NCBI GenBank assembly: GCA_011052055.1
Contig: DRJW01000143.1
Location: 1-37,620, forward strand
DNA from: Nitrospirota bacterium
Lineage (GTDB): Bacteria; Nitrospinota_A; UBA7883
Length of the DNA stretch: 37,620 nucleotides
Direction of reading: 5' to 3'
Part shown: positions 1-7,848 of the stretch, piece by piece
Layout: every line of letters starts with the position of its first letter
Position numbering within the stretch: the first letter of the stretch is position 1
Translations under genes and position numbers: made by a program
Notes under the pieces: model-generated
Database searches by the model: none
What the model was told of the DNA's origin: nothing
The model's input: only the letters and a program-made list of their open reading frames with translations

Positions 1-717
1 AGCGCCGGTAAAGGCTCCTTTTTCATGCCCGAACAATTCTGATTCCAGCAGAGTATCGACGATAGCCGAACAGTTGACAGAAATAAATGGCTCGCCCTTG
101 TTTTTACTATTGCCATGAATGGCCCTGGCCGCCAGTTCTTTCCCGGTTCCGCTCTCCCCGGTTATATTTACGGTGGTTTTGCTCATGGAGACAAAACCGA
201 CTGTTTTGAAAACCTCTTTCATCAAAAAGCTTTTGCCGATAAACCTGTTTTTCACATTTTCTATGGGAGGCACGGCCGCATAAGAGGAGTCTTCATGAGA
301 TTTGCTCTCAAAAAACTCGGTGGCTTTTCTAACAGCGCCGCTGATTTCCTCTATATCGATCGGTTTATGGATATACTCTCCGACTCCGCTCTGGACGGCC
401 ATGACGGTAGACTCCATATCCGGGAAAGCGGTGACTATTATCGAGTAGTAATTGTCCCCCTTTTCCCGTATATCTTTTAAAAGCTCGATGCCGTTAGCGT
501 CCGGAAGCCTGACATCTAGGACGATTATCGCCGAATCGAGTGATTCAAGAGTATTCAGGCCGTCGTTAGCTGTCAGGGACGTATAGACTTTGTATCCCTG
601 ACGCTCGAAATGGAGTTTGAGTGTTTTACCAATCGATTTGTCATCATCTATGATAACTATCGGTTCTTTATTGAGCGAATCGGCCGGAATATCCACCAGG
701 GCGCTATTTCCGCTCAT
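1..717 (-). CDS. sigma-54-dependent response regulator (NtrC family), 3' end cut by window edge
   Basis: Absent from the ORF track because it runs off the edge. Reverse-strand ATG at 715-717, preceded by GGGAAGAAGGA. The translation gives a receiver domain (VIIDDD ... LDVRLPD ... HKP). It is followed by an AAA+ core with Walker A GESGTGKE and the diagnostic [15 protein letters not shown] ending exactly at base 1 (239 in-frame codons). Confidence 0.9.
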
Positions 718-856
718 AGAGCCTGTCCTTCTTCCCGACCACCAAAATTATTGTTCGCGTCAAAAAGTTATCCTTTCTCTAATAATAATATTTTAAAAGC
801 CACCGTCAGATGATCGTCCTGGATTTTTGGCTATTGAATTGTCACACTTCATGCGC

Positions 857-872
857 CGCAACCGAAACACCA
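857..872 (-). promoter_or_regulatory. candidate sigma-54 (-24/-12) promoter inside the kinase-regulator spacer
   Basis: The minus strand reads TGGTGTTTCGGTTGCG. GG and GC have the canonical 12-nt register of TGGCAC-N5-TTGCW. It lies about 140 nt upstream of the regulator ATG at 717. The -24 half is weak (TGGTGT). Confidence 0.3.
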
Positions 873-996
873 ACCCCTATGCTGACACAATCGGCGTGGC
901 TGAAAAGCGAGTGTGGGGATATCAAGAGTATCAAACCATTTCTCACTGTAGCCACCTTGCCAAATCCGACCGAACCGATATTCGCTATCGCTTATT

Positions 997-2775
997 CTAC
1001 TCTATGTTATCCACAAGCTTCAACTTAACTGAAACTTCGGTGCCTTCATCCTCTGAACTGGAGACAGTTATTGTACCATTATGCTTCTTAATTATTCCTC
1101 TGCTCACCGCCAGTCCCATGCCGTATCCTTTGTGGCCTTTTTTGGTTGTATAAAAAGGGTCGAATATACTATCAATTTCACTTTCCGGAATACCTGCTCC
1201 ATTATCGCTAACCTTGCATATACACCAGCCGTTATTTCTTTTTACCGACACGTTTATCGCGCCTTGCTTTTCAACCGCCTGAATAGCGTTAAGCAGAATA
1301 TTCATAAAAACTATGTTCAATAGCTTGGGTTGGCCCATAAGAATCAAAGGTTCTTCCGGTCTGCTGAAGTTTACGTCCATCTGCTCACTATCAATCATGT
1401 AATCCAATAGATACAGTGTTTCCCCCACTACTTTCGTAATATCCATCTTTTGAGGCTTGAAAGTATCCGCCTGAGTGTAATACTCAAAATGTTTCAGGAC
1501 GCTGTTTACTTTTTGAAGATGCGACTTCATTCTATCTATCCGATTTTGACTGGATTTCGACGAAAAGGGGTCGTTTTTCATCTCATCGAGCCATCTTTCG
1601 AACCGTTCAAACGGATCGACGATCAACCGCTGGAAGCTTAGCATAAGCTGTTTGATCGATTCAGCTCTTTCCATATAGACCACTTCAGCCTGAAGAGCTT
1701 TTTGAGCTTTCAGTATTTCCCGCCAGGCGTATACACCTATGCCGATAACCATTATCACAACCAGGGCGGCGTATCCTATGGCCGAGTTTTTAAATTTCCT
1801 GATAGATTGAAAGGTTTCAGATGGCTCCTGCCGTGTGAAAATATACCATTTTTTGTTACCAAAACTTTCCGGTGAAAGATTTTCCACATTAAAATTAACA
1901 GGAGAAAAACCGATAATGGAATTGGTGGAGCCATGCCCGTCATCGGCTGTGATGGTCCAACCCGCGCGCTTTTTACTGATCGTACCCATTAATTCGTCGC
2001 TCAGGTGATGGCTTCTGGGGGGATAAATGGGGCACACGACGATATATCCTGCGGATGTAACAAGGTTGGCGTGGCCGGTTTTTCCGATTCTGACATTAAT
2101 AATAGTTTCAAACAGGCCGTTTACTTCATGACGGGTGGCAAGGACACCTGCATTGTCTCCATTGTCATTTTTGATAGGAGCGTAGATATCTATTGAATAA
2201 TTGGCGGCGTTGTCGTCTATCATTATATCCGATACCAAAATTTTACCTTCCTTCAAAACCTTGGCGATCAGTTTAGGATCCGCCGCCAATACGGCCCCTT
2301 TTTCAGTTGTCGGTCTGCTACTAAACACTATTTCGCTTTTGGCGTTATAGATGTTAGCGATAAAAAACCTGGCCGCTAATTCGGGCATAATTATTTTTCG
2401 CAGGTTCCGGATTTCCATGATCGAGTTTTCTTCGGAGAATGTAAGGACGTTTAGCACCGTGGGAAGGCTTGAAAGCCTCTTGATCGCTTCGAGTTTTTCC
2501 TCTACGATTTTTTCGACTTGAAAGGCCGTAAAAGAGGCGACTTTCATAAAATTGGTTCCTTTTGTCTCGATAAGCTCCCGTTTACTGGTTTTAAATATCC
2601 CTATAAGCCCCAAAAGTCCGGGTAAAAGACCGATAAGCAAGAGAAAGAAGATAATAAGCTGGTTGAATTGGGTGAGCATGGGCGTATGCTGATCGCCGAC
2701 ACGGCGTTCGCGACCGGAAAAGGGTAGCGCCCTACGGTCGTTTCTAACTGCTTCGGATGCTTTTTTATCAAGCAT
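997..2775 (-). CDS. sensor histidine kinase with periplasmic Cache-like domain and HATPase_c domain
   Basis: 592-aa ORF. It has two TM segments (LIIFFLLLIGLLPGLLGLIG and AIGYAALVVIMVIGIGVYA) flanking a roughly 290-aa extracytoplasmic region. The C-terminal ATP-binding boxes are N (NILLNAIQA), G1 (DNGAGI), F (FDPFYTTK) and G2 (GYGMGLAV). An alternative start at 2679 (MLTQFNQ) is possible. Confidence 0.85.
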   Translation of the reverse strand: MLDKKASEAVRNDRRALPFSGRERRVGDQHTPMLTQFNQLIIFFLLLIGLLPGLLGLIGIFKTSKRELIETKGTNFMKVASFTAFQVEKIVEEKLEAIKRLSSLPTVLNVLTFSEENSIMEIRNLRKIIMPELAARFFIANIYNAKSEIVFSSRPTTEKGAVLAADPKLIAKVLKEGKILVSDIMIDDNAANYSIDIYAPIKNDNGDNAGVLATRHEVNGLFETIINVRIGKTGHANLVTSAGYIVVCPIYPPRSHHLSDELMGTISKKRAGWTITADDGHGSTNSIIGFSPVNFNVENLSPESFGNKKWYIFTRQEPSETFQSIRKFKNSAIGYAALVVIMVIGIGVYAWREILKAQKALQAEVVYMERAESIKQLMLSFQRLIVDPFERFERWLDEMKNDPFSSKSSQNRIDRMKSHLQKVNSVLKHFEYYTQADTFKPQKMDITKVVGETLYLLDYMIDSEQMDVNFSRPEEPLILMGQPKLLNIVFMNILLNAIQAVEKQGAINVSVKRNNGWCICKVSDNGAGIPESEIDSIFDPFYTTKKGHKGYGMGLAVSRGIIKKHNGTITVSSSEDEGTEVSVKLKLVDNIE

Positions 2776-3379
2776 TTTATTTTCTTAAAATAGAGCTTAG
2801 TTGCTGGTGCAAAAACAATACCCAATCAAGCCAGGGTTGAACTGCCGGAAAAAGCTATGCTTCTATTGCATAGATTAATTTGTTAATTGTAAAAAATCGC
2901 CCTCCATTACTATTGTGGAAGCCGAATGTCGTTTCTTTTATAGTATGAAGTTAACAAATGGGGATTTAACGCTATCTCGACGCGCCGCCTGTACTGTATA
3001 GGCCATATAGCAGGAGGCAAATGCATCATAATAAGCCGGATCCCATGATTTTTACAGGGCGTCACTAAACCTTGGATAATCCTGGATAACCGGTAAAATT
3101 CTAGAATAGCGGTCTGCGGATATAAAATGCGACAGAGCTGAATCGTATTCAGACCGCCTTCAAGTTATACAAACAGATACTATTTTATGAGTAAAAATTT
3201 AACGAAGCGTTAAGATACTTTGTTTATCCAAGAGCCGTGTCTGAGGCTCTCGTCCTGATTTATAAATTATAAAACGCGCAAGATAGCTTGGGAAATACCT
3301 TGGAATTCTTTAAAAAACTAAAAGTAGCGTTTAAAAGTGGCGTTTTAAATAGCTGATCTATCGCCACGCATTTTTTACG

Positions 3380-3395
3380 AGGCATGCTTATTGCT
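3380..3395 (+). promoter_or_regulatory. candidate sigma-54 (-24/-12) promoter of the respiratory cluster
   Basis: aGGCATGcttaTTGCTt matches TGGCACG-N4-TTGCW, with GG (3381-3382) and GC (3393-3394) in the exact 12-nt register. It lies 148 nt upstream of the ATG at 3543. A canonical sigma-54 activator is encoded divergently. Confidence 0.55.
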
Positions 3396-3542
3396 TGGAT
3401 CATAGCTCGATAAGGTTGTTTACCTTTTGATTTGAAATGTTAATAAAAGGGGCGGGGGACAATTAAAATATGTATGTTAAGTCATGTGTATCACCTCACA
3501 TGGGGCGTGGAGCCTCACAGCCAGCAAAGAAGGGATAAAGCG

Positions 3543-6008
3543 ATGAAGTTTGCGAGGAGTAGGTTAGCCAATCGCTGGCATGCAGGTGGGTTGTCACAGA
3601 TCCTTTTTATACTCCCGATCGCGCTTGTGCTCCTTGCGACTGCTTCTTTGGCCTTTGCCCAAGGCGGCGCGTCGGCGGCGCCGGTTGACTACCGGGATGT
3701 TCCCTATGTCGGGAGCCGGAATGTAATCTGGATCCTCGCCGAAGTCCATCTCCTTTTTGGCGGATTTGTTCTGGGAGTGCCGGTCTTCGCCTGGATCTGC
3801 GATGTGATCGGGACATTGACAAAAGAAGAGCGGTACAACAAGCTGGCCAATGACTTTATAGGTTTGACCCTGGCCGCTTTTGAGATGACCGCGATGCTTG
3901 GGGCCACCTTTCTCCTTTTTCTTTTAGCCCTTTATCCCAAAGTCGTAAATTACATGACGGGCATTTTTTGGCCTACCTACTACGTATATGTAATGCTTTT
4001 CGGCGCGTCCATGGTCATTCTCTACCTCTACTGGTCAGGGTTTCAGACCATGAAAAATCGTAAGGGTCTGCACCTGTTTATCGGTTTTCTGCTGAACCTT
4101 ATAGCGGTCGGTGTCATGCTCGTGCCCAACGCCTGGGCTACATTCCAGGCCAGCCCGGTGGTTCTGCCAGGGGGTATGGGCGCTTTGGAGAAGGCTTGGG
4201 CCGCAATGAACAATCCAACCTGGGGGCCGGTGAATATCCACAGGTTTATATCCAACATCGTTCTGGGCGGTTTTCTTGTCGGCGCTTATTCAGGTGTTCG
4301 TTACCTGGGGGCCCGGACACAAGAGGAGCGGGAGCACTACGACTGGATGGGATATATAGGAAACTTTATCGGGATGTTCGGCCTGCTTACGCTTCCTTTC
4401 GCCGGATACTGGCTGATGCGGGAAGTCTATATGTACAACCAGCAGATGGGGATAACCTTGATGGGTGGGTTCCTATCCTGGTTGTTCATCATTCAGGCTG
4501 TTTTGATAGGCATCCTCTTTCTTGGAGCCAATTACTACTTCTGGCTGGGTCTGGCCTATCGGACGGAAGGGGCGGAGCGGTACATGAAGCCCATACTGAT
4601 TTTGCTAACGGCCCTCTTGAGTTGCTTTATGGTGTGGCTGACGCCCCATAGCCTGGTCGCGAGCATCGCGGAGGCGCGAGCGATGGGCGGGGCGCATCAT
4701 CCTCTTTTGGGGCTCCTGGGCGTGATGTCGGCGAAGATGACTGTCGTGAACCTGATGATTCTGATTTCTTTTGTCAGCTTCCTTATGTATTGGCGCGCAG
4801 GGAGCAAGCCGACGGCCTCGTGGGCGAAGGTGGCCAACGTCCTTATTGTCATACTTTTCTTTGTGGTTATCGTAGGCGTGATCGTTATTGGAGTCTGGGG
4901 CTATTTTGTTCCAGCCATTGTCAGGATCAATGTGTTCTCCGTAACGCAGGTGCTGGCGGTTCTAACTGTACTGCTTACGGTCACTCCTCTGGTCGGGTTT
5001 ATGCTTAAGGGCGCCAAATCAACCTCAAAAATGACCTTTGGAGTAATGCCTGTGAGGTCGCAATTGGGCCTGATAGTGAATGCTGTTACGATTGTTTTCA
5101 CGATGTCATTGATGGGATACGCCCGCTCGGCTTCCCGCGTTCACTGGCATATCTACGGGGTGTTGGAAGACACCTCCCCGTATGCTTTTTCTCCCGCCCT
5201 TGGGCACGCCGGCGCCATGGCGGCGCTGGCCACATTTTTATTCTTCGCCCTGGTTGGAATTATCCTGTGGATCACTATCAGCGCTTCGCGGAGCTCCGCC
5301 TTTTCGACGCAGTATTTCTTTTTGGCTCCTTTTATCTTCTGGGCTACGACCCTTACCGGCAAGCCGGTTGAGCCGTCGTCTGGGCCGTCTGGACAGGTTG
5401 TGGAGCAACCTAAATTTATAGGAAAGGTCGCGGGGACCATTTGCGGGGTTCTACTGCTTTTTATTTGGATTTCCAATTCGGTGCCTCAGATGCAATCTCT
5501 TCCACCTAAGAAGGTAGCGTTCGATGTGTCGAATCTCAACACCAAAGCTGATCTGGTAGACGCGGGTAAAAAACTTTTCTTTGGCAAAGCTCAATGCGCG
5601 CTTTGCCATTCACTTGAACACACCGAGTCGCCACGTTGTCCTGTTATGAAAGGGCGTGGAGCCAAGCGCACGAGGGAGTATATTTTGGAGTCCATGATGC
5701 ATCCAAAGGCGGTTATCTATAAACAGTATGAAACGGCCGGGCCAGGAAAATTCTATCCGGCCCAGATGCCGGTCATCAACAAGCCGCCTATCGGCCTTTC
5801 CGATACCGAGATGCTGGCTGTCGTATCATTTATTCAAAGTTTAGGTGGCAAAGTCACGGTAGAGCCATCTGAATTAAAAGCGCTTGTAGCGGGAACTGGT
5901 AAGCTTATACCGGAAACTGCTACGGAGGAGGCTACTACAGAGGAGGCTACTACGGAGACAGCTACTACAGAGGCAACTGCTACGGAGGGTAACGGCGATG
6001 GAAATTGA
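3543..6008 (+). CDS. cytochrome bd subunit I (CydA)-like polytopic membrane protein lacking a Q-loop, fused to a C-terminal class I cytochrome c domain
   Basis: The track ORF is 3474-6008. I prefer the ATG at 3543 (GAAGGGA upstream; MKFARSRL ... signal/anchor). By-eye match to E. coli CydA:
- ILAEVHLLFGG corresponds to the H19 region.
- GFQTMKNRKGLHLFIGFLLNLIAVGVMLVPNAWATFQASP corresponds to [38 protein letters not shown].
- VNIHRFISN corresponds to the H186 region.

There are more than 12 predicted TM helices and no long hydrophilic loop. The C-terminus has CALCH plus a distal AQMP Met. Confidence 0.7.
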   Translation: MKFARSRLANRWHAGGLSQILFILPIALVLLATASLAFAQGGASAAPVDYRDVPYVGSRNVIWILAEVHLLFGGFVLGVPVFAWICDVIGTLTKEERYNKLANDFIGLTLAAFEMTAMLGATFLLFLLALYPKVVNYMTGIFWPTYYVYVMLFGASMVILYLYWSGFQTMKNRKGLHLFIGFLLNLIAVGVMLVPNAWATFQASPVVLPGGMGALEKAWAAMNNPTWGPVNIHRFISNIVLGGFLVGAYSGVRYLGARTQEEREHYDWMGYIGNFIGMFGLLTLPFAGYWLMREVYMYNQQMGITLMGGFLSWLFIIQAVLIGILFLGANYYFWLGLAYRTEGAERYMKPILILLTALLSCFMVWLTPHSLVASIAEARAMGGAHHPLLGLLGVMSAKMTVVNLMILISFVSFLMYWRAGSKPTASWAKVANVLIVILFFVVIVGVIVIGVWGYFVPAIVRINVFSVTQVLAVLTVLLTVTPLVGFMLKGAKSTSKMTFGVMPVRSQLGLIVNAVTIVFTMSLMGYARSASRVHWHIYGVLEDTSPYAFSPALGHAGAMAALATFLFFALVGIILWITISASRSSAFSTQYFFLAPFIFWATTLTGKPVEPSSGPSGQVVEQPKFIGKVAGTICGVLLLFIWISNSVPQMQSLPPKKVAFDVSNLNTKADLVDAGKKLFFGKAQCALCHSLEHTESPRCPVMKGRGAKRTREYILESMMHPKAVIYKQYETAGPGKFYPAQMPVINKPPIGLSDTEMLAVVSFIQSLGGKVTVEPSELKALVAGTGKLIPETATEEATTEEATTETATTEATATEGNGDGN
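5916..5990 (+). repeat. in-frame tandem repeat, 5 x 15 nt, encoding a Thr/Glu/Ala tail
   Basis: The units are actgctacggaggag, gctactacagaggag, gctactacggagaca, gctactacagaggca and actgctacggagggt. They translate to TATEE ATTEE ATTET ATTEA TATEG, immediately before the stop and the overlapping next start. Confidence 0.9.
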
Positions 6009-7455
6009 ATCCATAAGACCTTTCTTGGCCGTAGCGGTTTCACTGCTTGGGGCTGTGCTCATTGTGGTTACCCGTAAATCGCCAAGCGCCCGCGAGTGGG
6101 TTTCACTGGCGTCGTCGGCCCTGATGTTCGTCATTGTGCTCAGCATGATTCCTCAAGTTCTCGCCGGAAAAGTATTTGTCTATTCACTAGTGACTTTAAA
6201 CTCCGTCATCTCCATCTCGTTTCGGGTTGACGCGATGGGCCTTTTGTTCGCTATCACCGCCTCTTTTCTGTGGCTGATGATAACCATTTACTCGATTGGT
6301 TACTTGCGCGCTCTTAAGGAGCATGCCCAGACCCGCTACTATCTCTGTTTTGCAATGGCCCTGGCGGCCTCTATGGGTGTGGCGTTCGCGTCCAATCTGC
6401 TGACTCTTTATCTCTCTTATGAGCTGGTCGGCTTTTTCTACTATCCCCTGGTTGTGCATAAAGAAACGAAAGAGGCGTTTGTCAAGGGTAACAGGTATGT
6501 CTTTTATATCTTTGTGCTTGGAAAAATCTTTATGCTTGCAAGCTTCCTGGCTTATGGGCTTTCCGGCACACTGGATCTCAATCCAAACGGCATCTTCCCC
6601 CCAGGAGTAGACACAACCTTGCTTACCATCACCTTTCTACTGTTCCTGGTGGGTATCAGTAAAGCGGCGATGGTGCCTTTTCACGCCTGGCTACCCGCCG
6701 CCATGGTTGGCCCCATGCCGGTGGTCGCCGCATTAGCGGTCATAGATATAGGCGCGTTCGGCATATTGCGAGCGGCCTACTTTGTTTTCGGGATGGAGAC
6801 GCTAAGAGCGCTCGATTTAGGATTTCCACTGGTCATCTTTTCATGCTTTACCATTGTCGCGGCCTCTATTATGGCCCTTACAAAAGATGACCTGAAGGCC
6901 AGGCTCGTTTACTCTACAATAGGCCAAATTTCTTATACGCTCCTCGGGGCCGCATTGCTTGTTTCGACAGGTTTGACAGGCGGTATCCTGCAGATCGTCA
7001 ATCACGGCATCGCCAAGGTTACGTTGTTCTTTTGCGCGGGCGCGATTTTTGTCGCGTCGGGCAAGACCAAAGTAAGTGAGCTAAACGGCATCGGAAAACA
7101 GATGCCCATCACAATGACCGCGTTCGCCCTGGGAGCCTTCTCTATAATCGGTATCCCGCCATTCGCCGGTTTTATAAGCAAGTGGTATCTGGTTCTGGGA
7201 GCGGTAGAGGTGGAGCAGTACTATGCTATTGGCGCCCTTGTCCTGAGCTCAATCTTGAGCGCTGCTTATTTATTGCCAATCGTGTATGCCGCGTTTTTTC
7301 GGGATTTGCCGGCGGGGGAGAAGCCTGAGCGGCGAGAAGCCCCAGTCTACATGCTAGCGCCGTTGATAATTACCGCTATAGGAACATTAGCCCTGTTTTT
7401 TGCGCCGTCGATCTTTCTCGACCTGGCAAGGGTGGTTATTGGAGAAGTCGGATGA
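5998..7455 (+). CDS. proton-conducting antiporter-like membrane subunit (NuoM/NuoN/MrpD family), copy 1
   Basis: 485 aa, about 14 TM helices. Family motifs: LSYELVGF (TM5 Glu), GISKAAMVPFHAWLPAAM (TM7 Lys plus HxWLP) and PPFAGFISKWYL (TM12 Lys). The start overlaps the upstream stop by 11 nt. Confidence 0.85.
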   Translation: MEIESIRPFLAVAVSLLGAVLIVVTRKSPSAREWVSLASSALMFVIVLSMIPQVLAGKVFVYSLVTLNSVISISFRVDAMGLLFAITASFLWLMITIYSIGYLRALKEHAQTRYYLCFAMALAASMGVAFASNLLTLYLSYELVGFFYYPLVVHKETKEAFVKGNRYVFYIFVLGKIFMLASFLAYGLSGTLDLNPNGIFPPGVDTTLLTITFLLFLVGISKAAMVPFHAWLPAAMVGPMPVVAALAVIDIGAFGILRAAYFVFGMETLRALDLGFPLVIFSCFTIVAASIMALTKDDLKARLVYSTIGQISYTLLGAALLVSTGLTGGILQIVNHGIAKVTLFFCAGAIFVASGKTKVSELNGIGKQMPITMTAFALGAFSIIGIPPFAGFISKWYLVLGAVEVEQYYAIGALVLSSILSAAYLLPIVYAAFFRDLPAGEKPERREAPVYMLAPLIITAIGTLALFFAPSIFLDLARVVIGEVG

Positions 7456-7577
7456 ACGAACATAAAGAAGAGATAAAAGTGCTTGGGCATGAGCCTGAGC
7501 CTGGGTATAAGCAAATATTTTATATTGTTTTCGCAGTAGCTGTTTTATACCTTATTGTTACCCTGGTGGCTAGCTGA
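7452..7577 (+). CDS. 41-aa single-TM micro-protein (below the ORF-track size cutoff)
   Basis: The ATG overlaps the upstream stop (ATGA at 7452-7455). Translation is MNEHKEEIKVLGHEPEPGYKQIFYIVFAVAVLYLIVTLVAS: a polar head plus one hydrophobic helix. It fills the otherwise empty gap in the operon. I recognise no homology. Confidence 0.4.
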   Translation: MNEHKEEIKVLGHEPEPGYKQIFYIVFAVAVLYLIVTLVAS

Positions 7578-7605
7578 TTAAATGAATAAAGATAAGGAAG
7601 GCGCA

Positions 7606-7848
7606 ATGAAAGAAGGGCATTTTTTTGATAAACCGCAAAATGTAAAAAGGTTTCTCATGGGCTTTTACATATCCCTTGTATTGCTCATTGTAGCTGACTT
7701 TTTTGTCCCAAAGCACGCTGACTTCCCATGGGAGTCGTTCCCATCCTTTTACGCGACGTATGGGTTTGTCGCCTGCGTAGGTCTCGTGTTAGTAGCGAAA
7801 TACGTGTTGCGTCCACTTGTTAAAAGAGACGAGAATTATTATGACTAG
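7606..7848 (+). CDS. 80-aa two-TM membrane protein, unknown family
   Basis: The track ORF is 7582-7848. The ATG at 7606 follows AAGGAAGG at 5-nt spacing. Two hydrophobic helices are present (FLMGFYISLVLLIVADFF and YGFVACVGLVLVAKYVL). The stop is overlapped by the next gene's start. Confidence 0.6.
   Translation: MKEGHFFDKPQNVKRFLMGFYISLVLLIVADFFVPKHADFPWESFPSFYATYGFVACVGLVLVAKYVLRPLVKRDENYYD

Noticed and set aside
115-480. Track ORFs lying antisense to, or out of frame with, long well-supported genes. Examples: 115-480, 4196-4651, 10303-10725, 19159-19683, 20384-20839, 22212-22691, 24395-25324, 28904-29371 and 35772-36137.
   Set aside because: Each is fully embedded in a gene with clear domain motifs on the other strand or frame. 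Their translations are low-complexity, Arg/Ser/Pro-rich shadow sequences without start-site support.
3021-3068. 15-codon mini-ORF (MHHNKPDPMIFTGRH) after an AGGAGG in the long control region, considered as a possible leader peptide.
   Set aside because: The SD-to-ATG spacing is only 3 nt. It lies upstream of the predicted sigma-54 promoter rather than in the leader. Nothing else supports it as coding.
3474-3542. The 23-codon N-terminal extension of the bd-like gene, as given by the track.
   Set aside because: The extension (MLSHVYHLTWGVEPHSQQRRDKA) has no ribosome-binding site. The ATG at 3543 has a purine-rich SD and begins a plausible signal/anchor. I kept it only as an alternative start.
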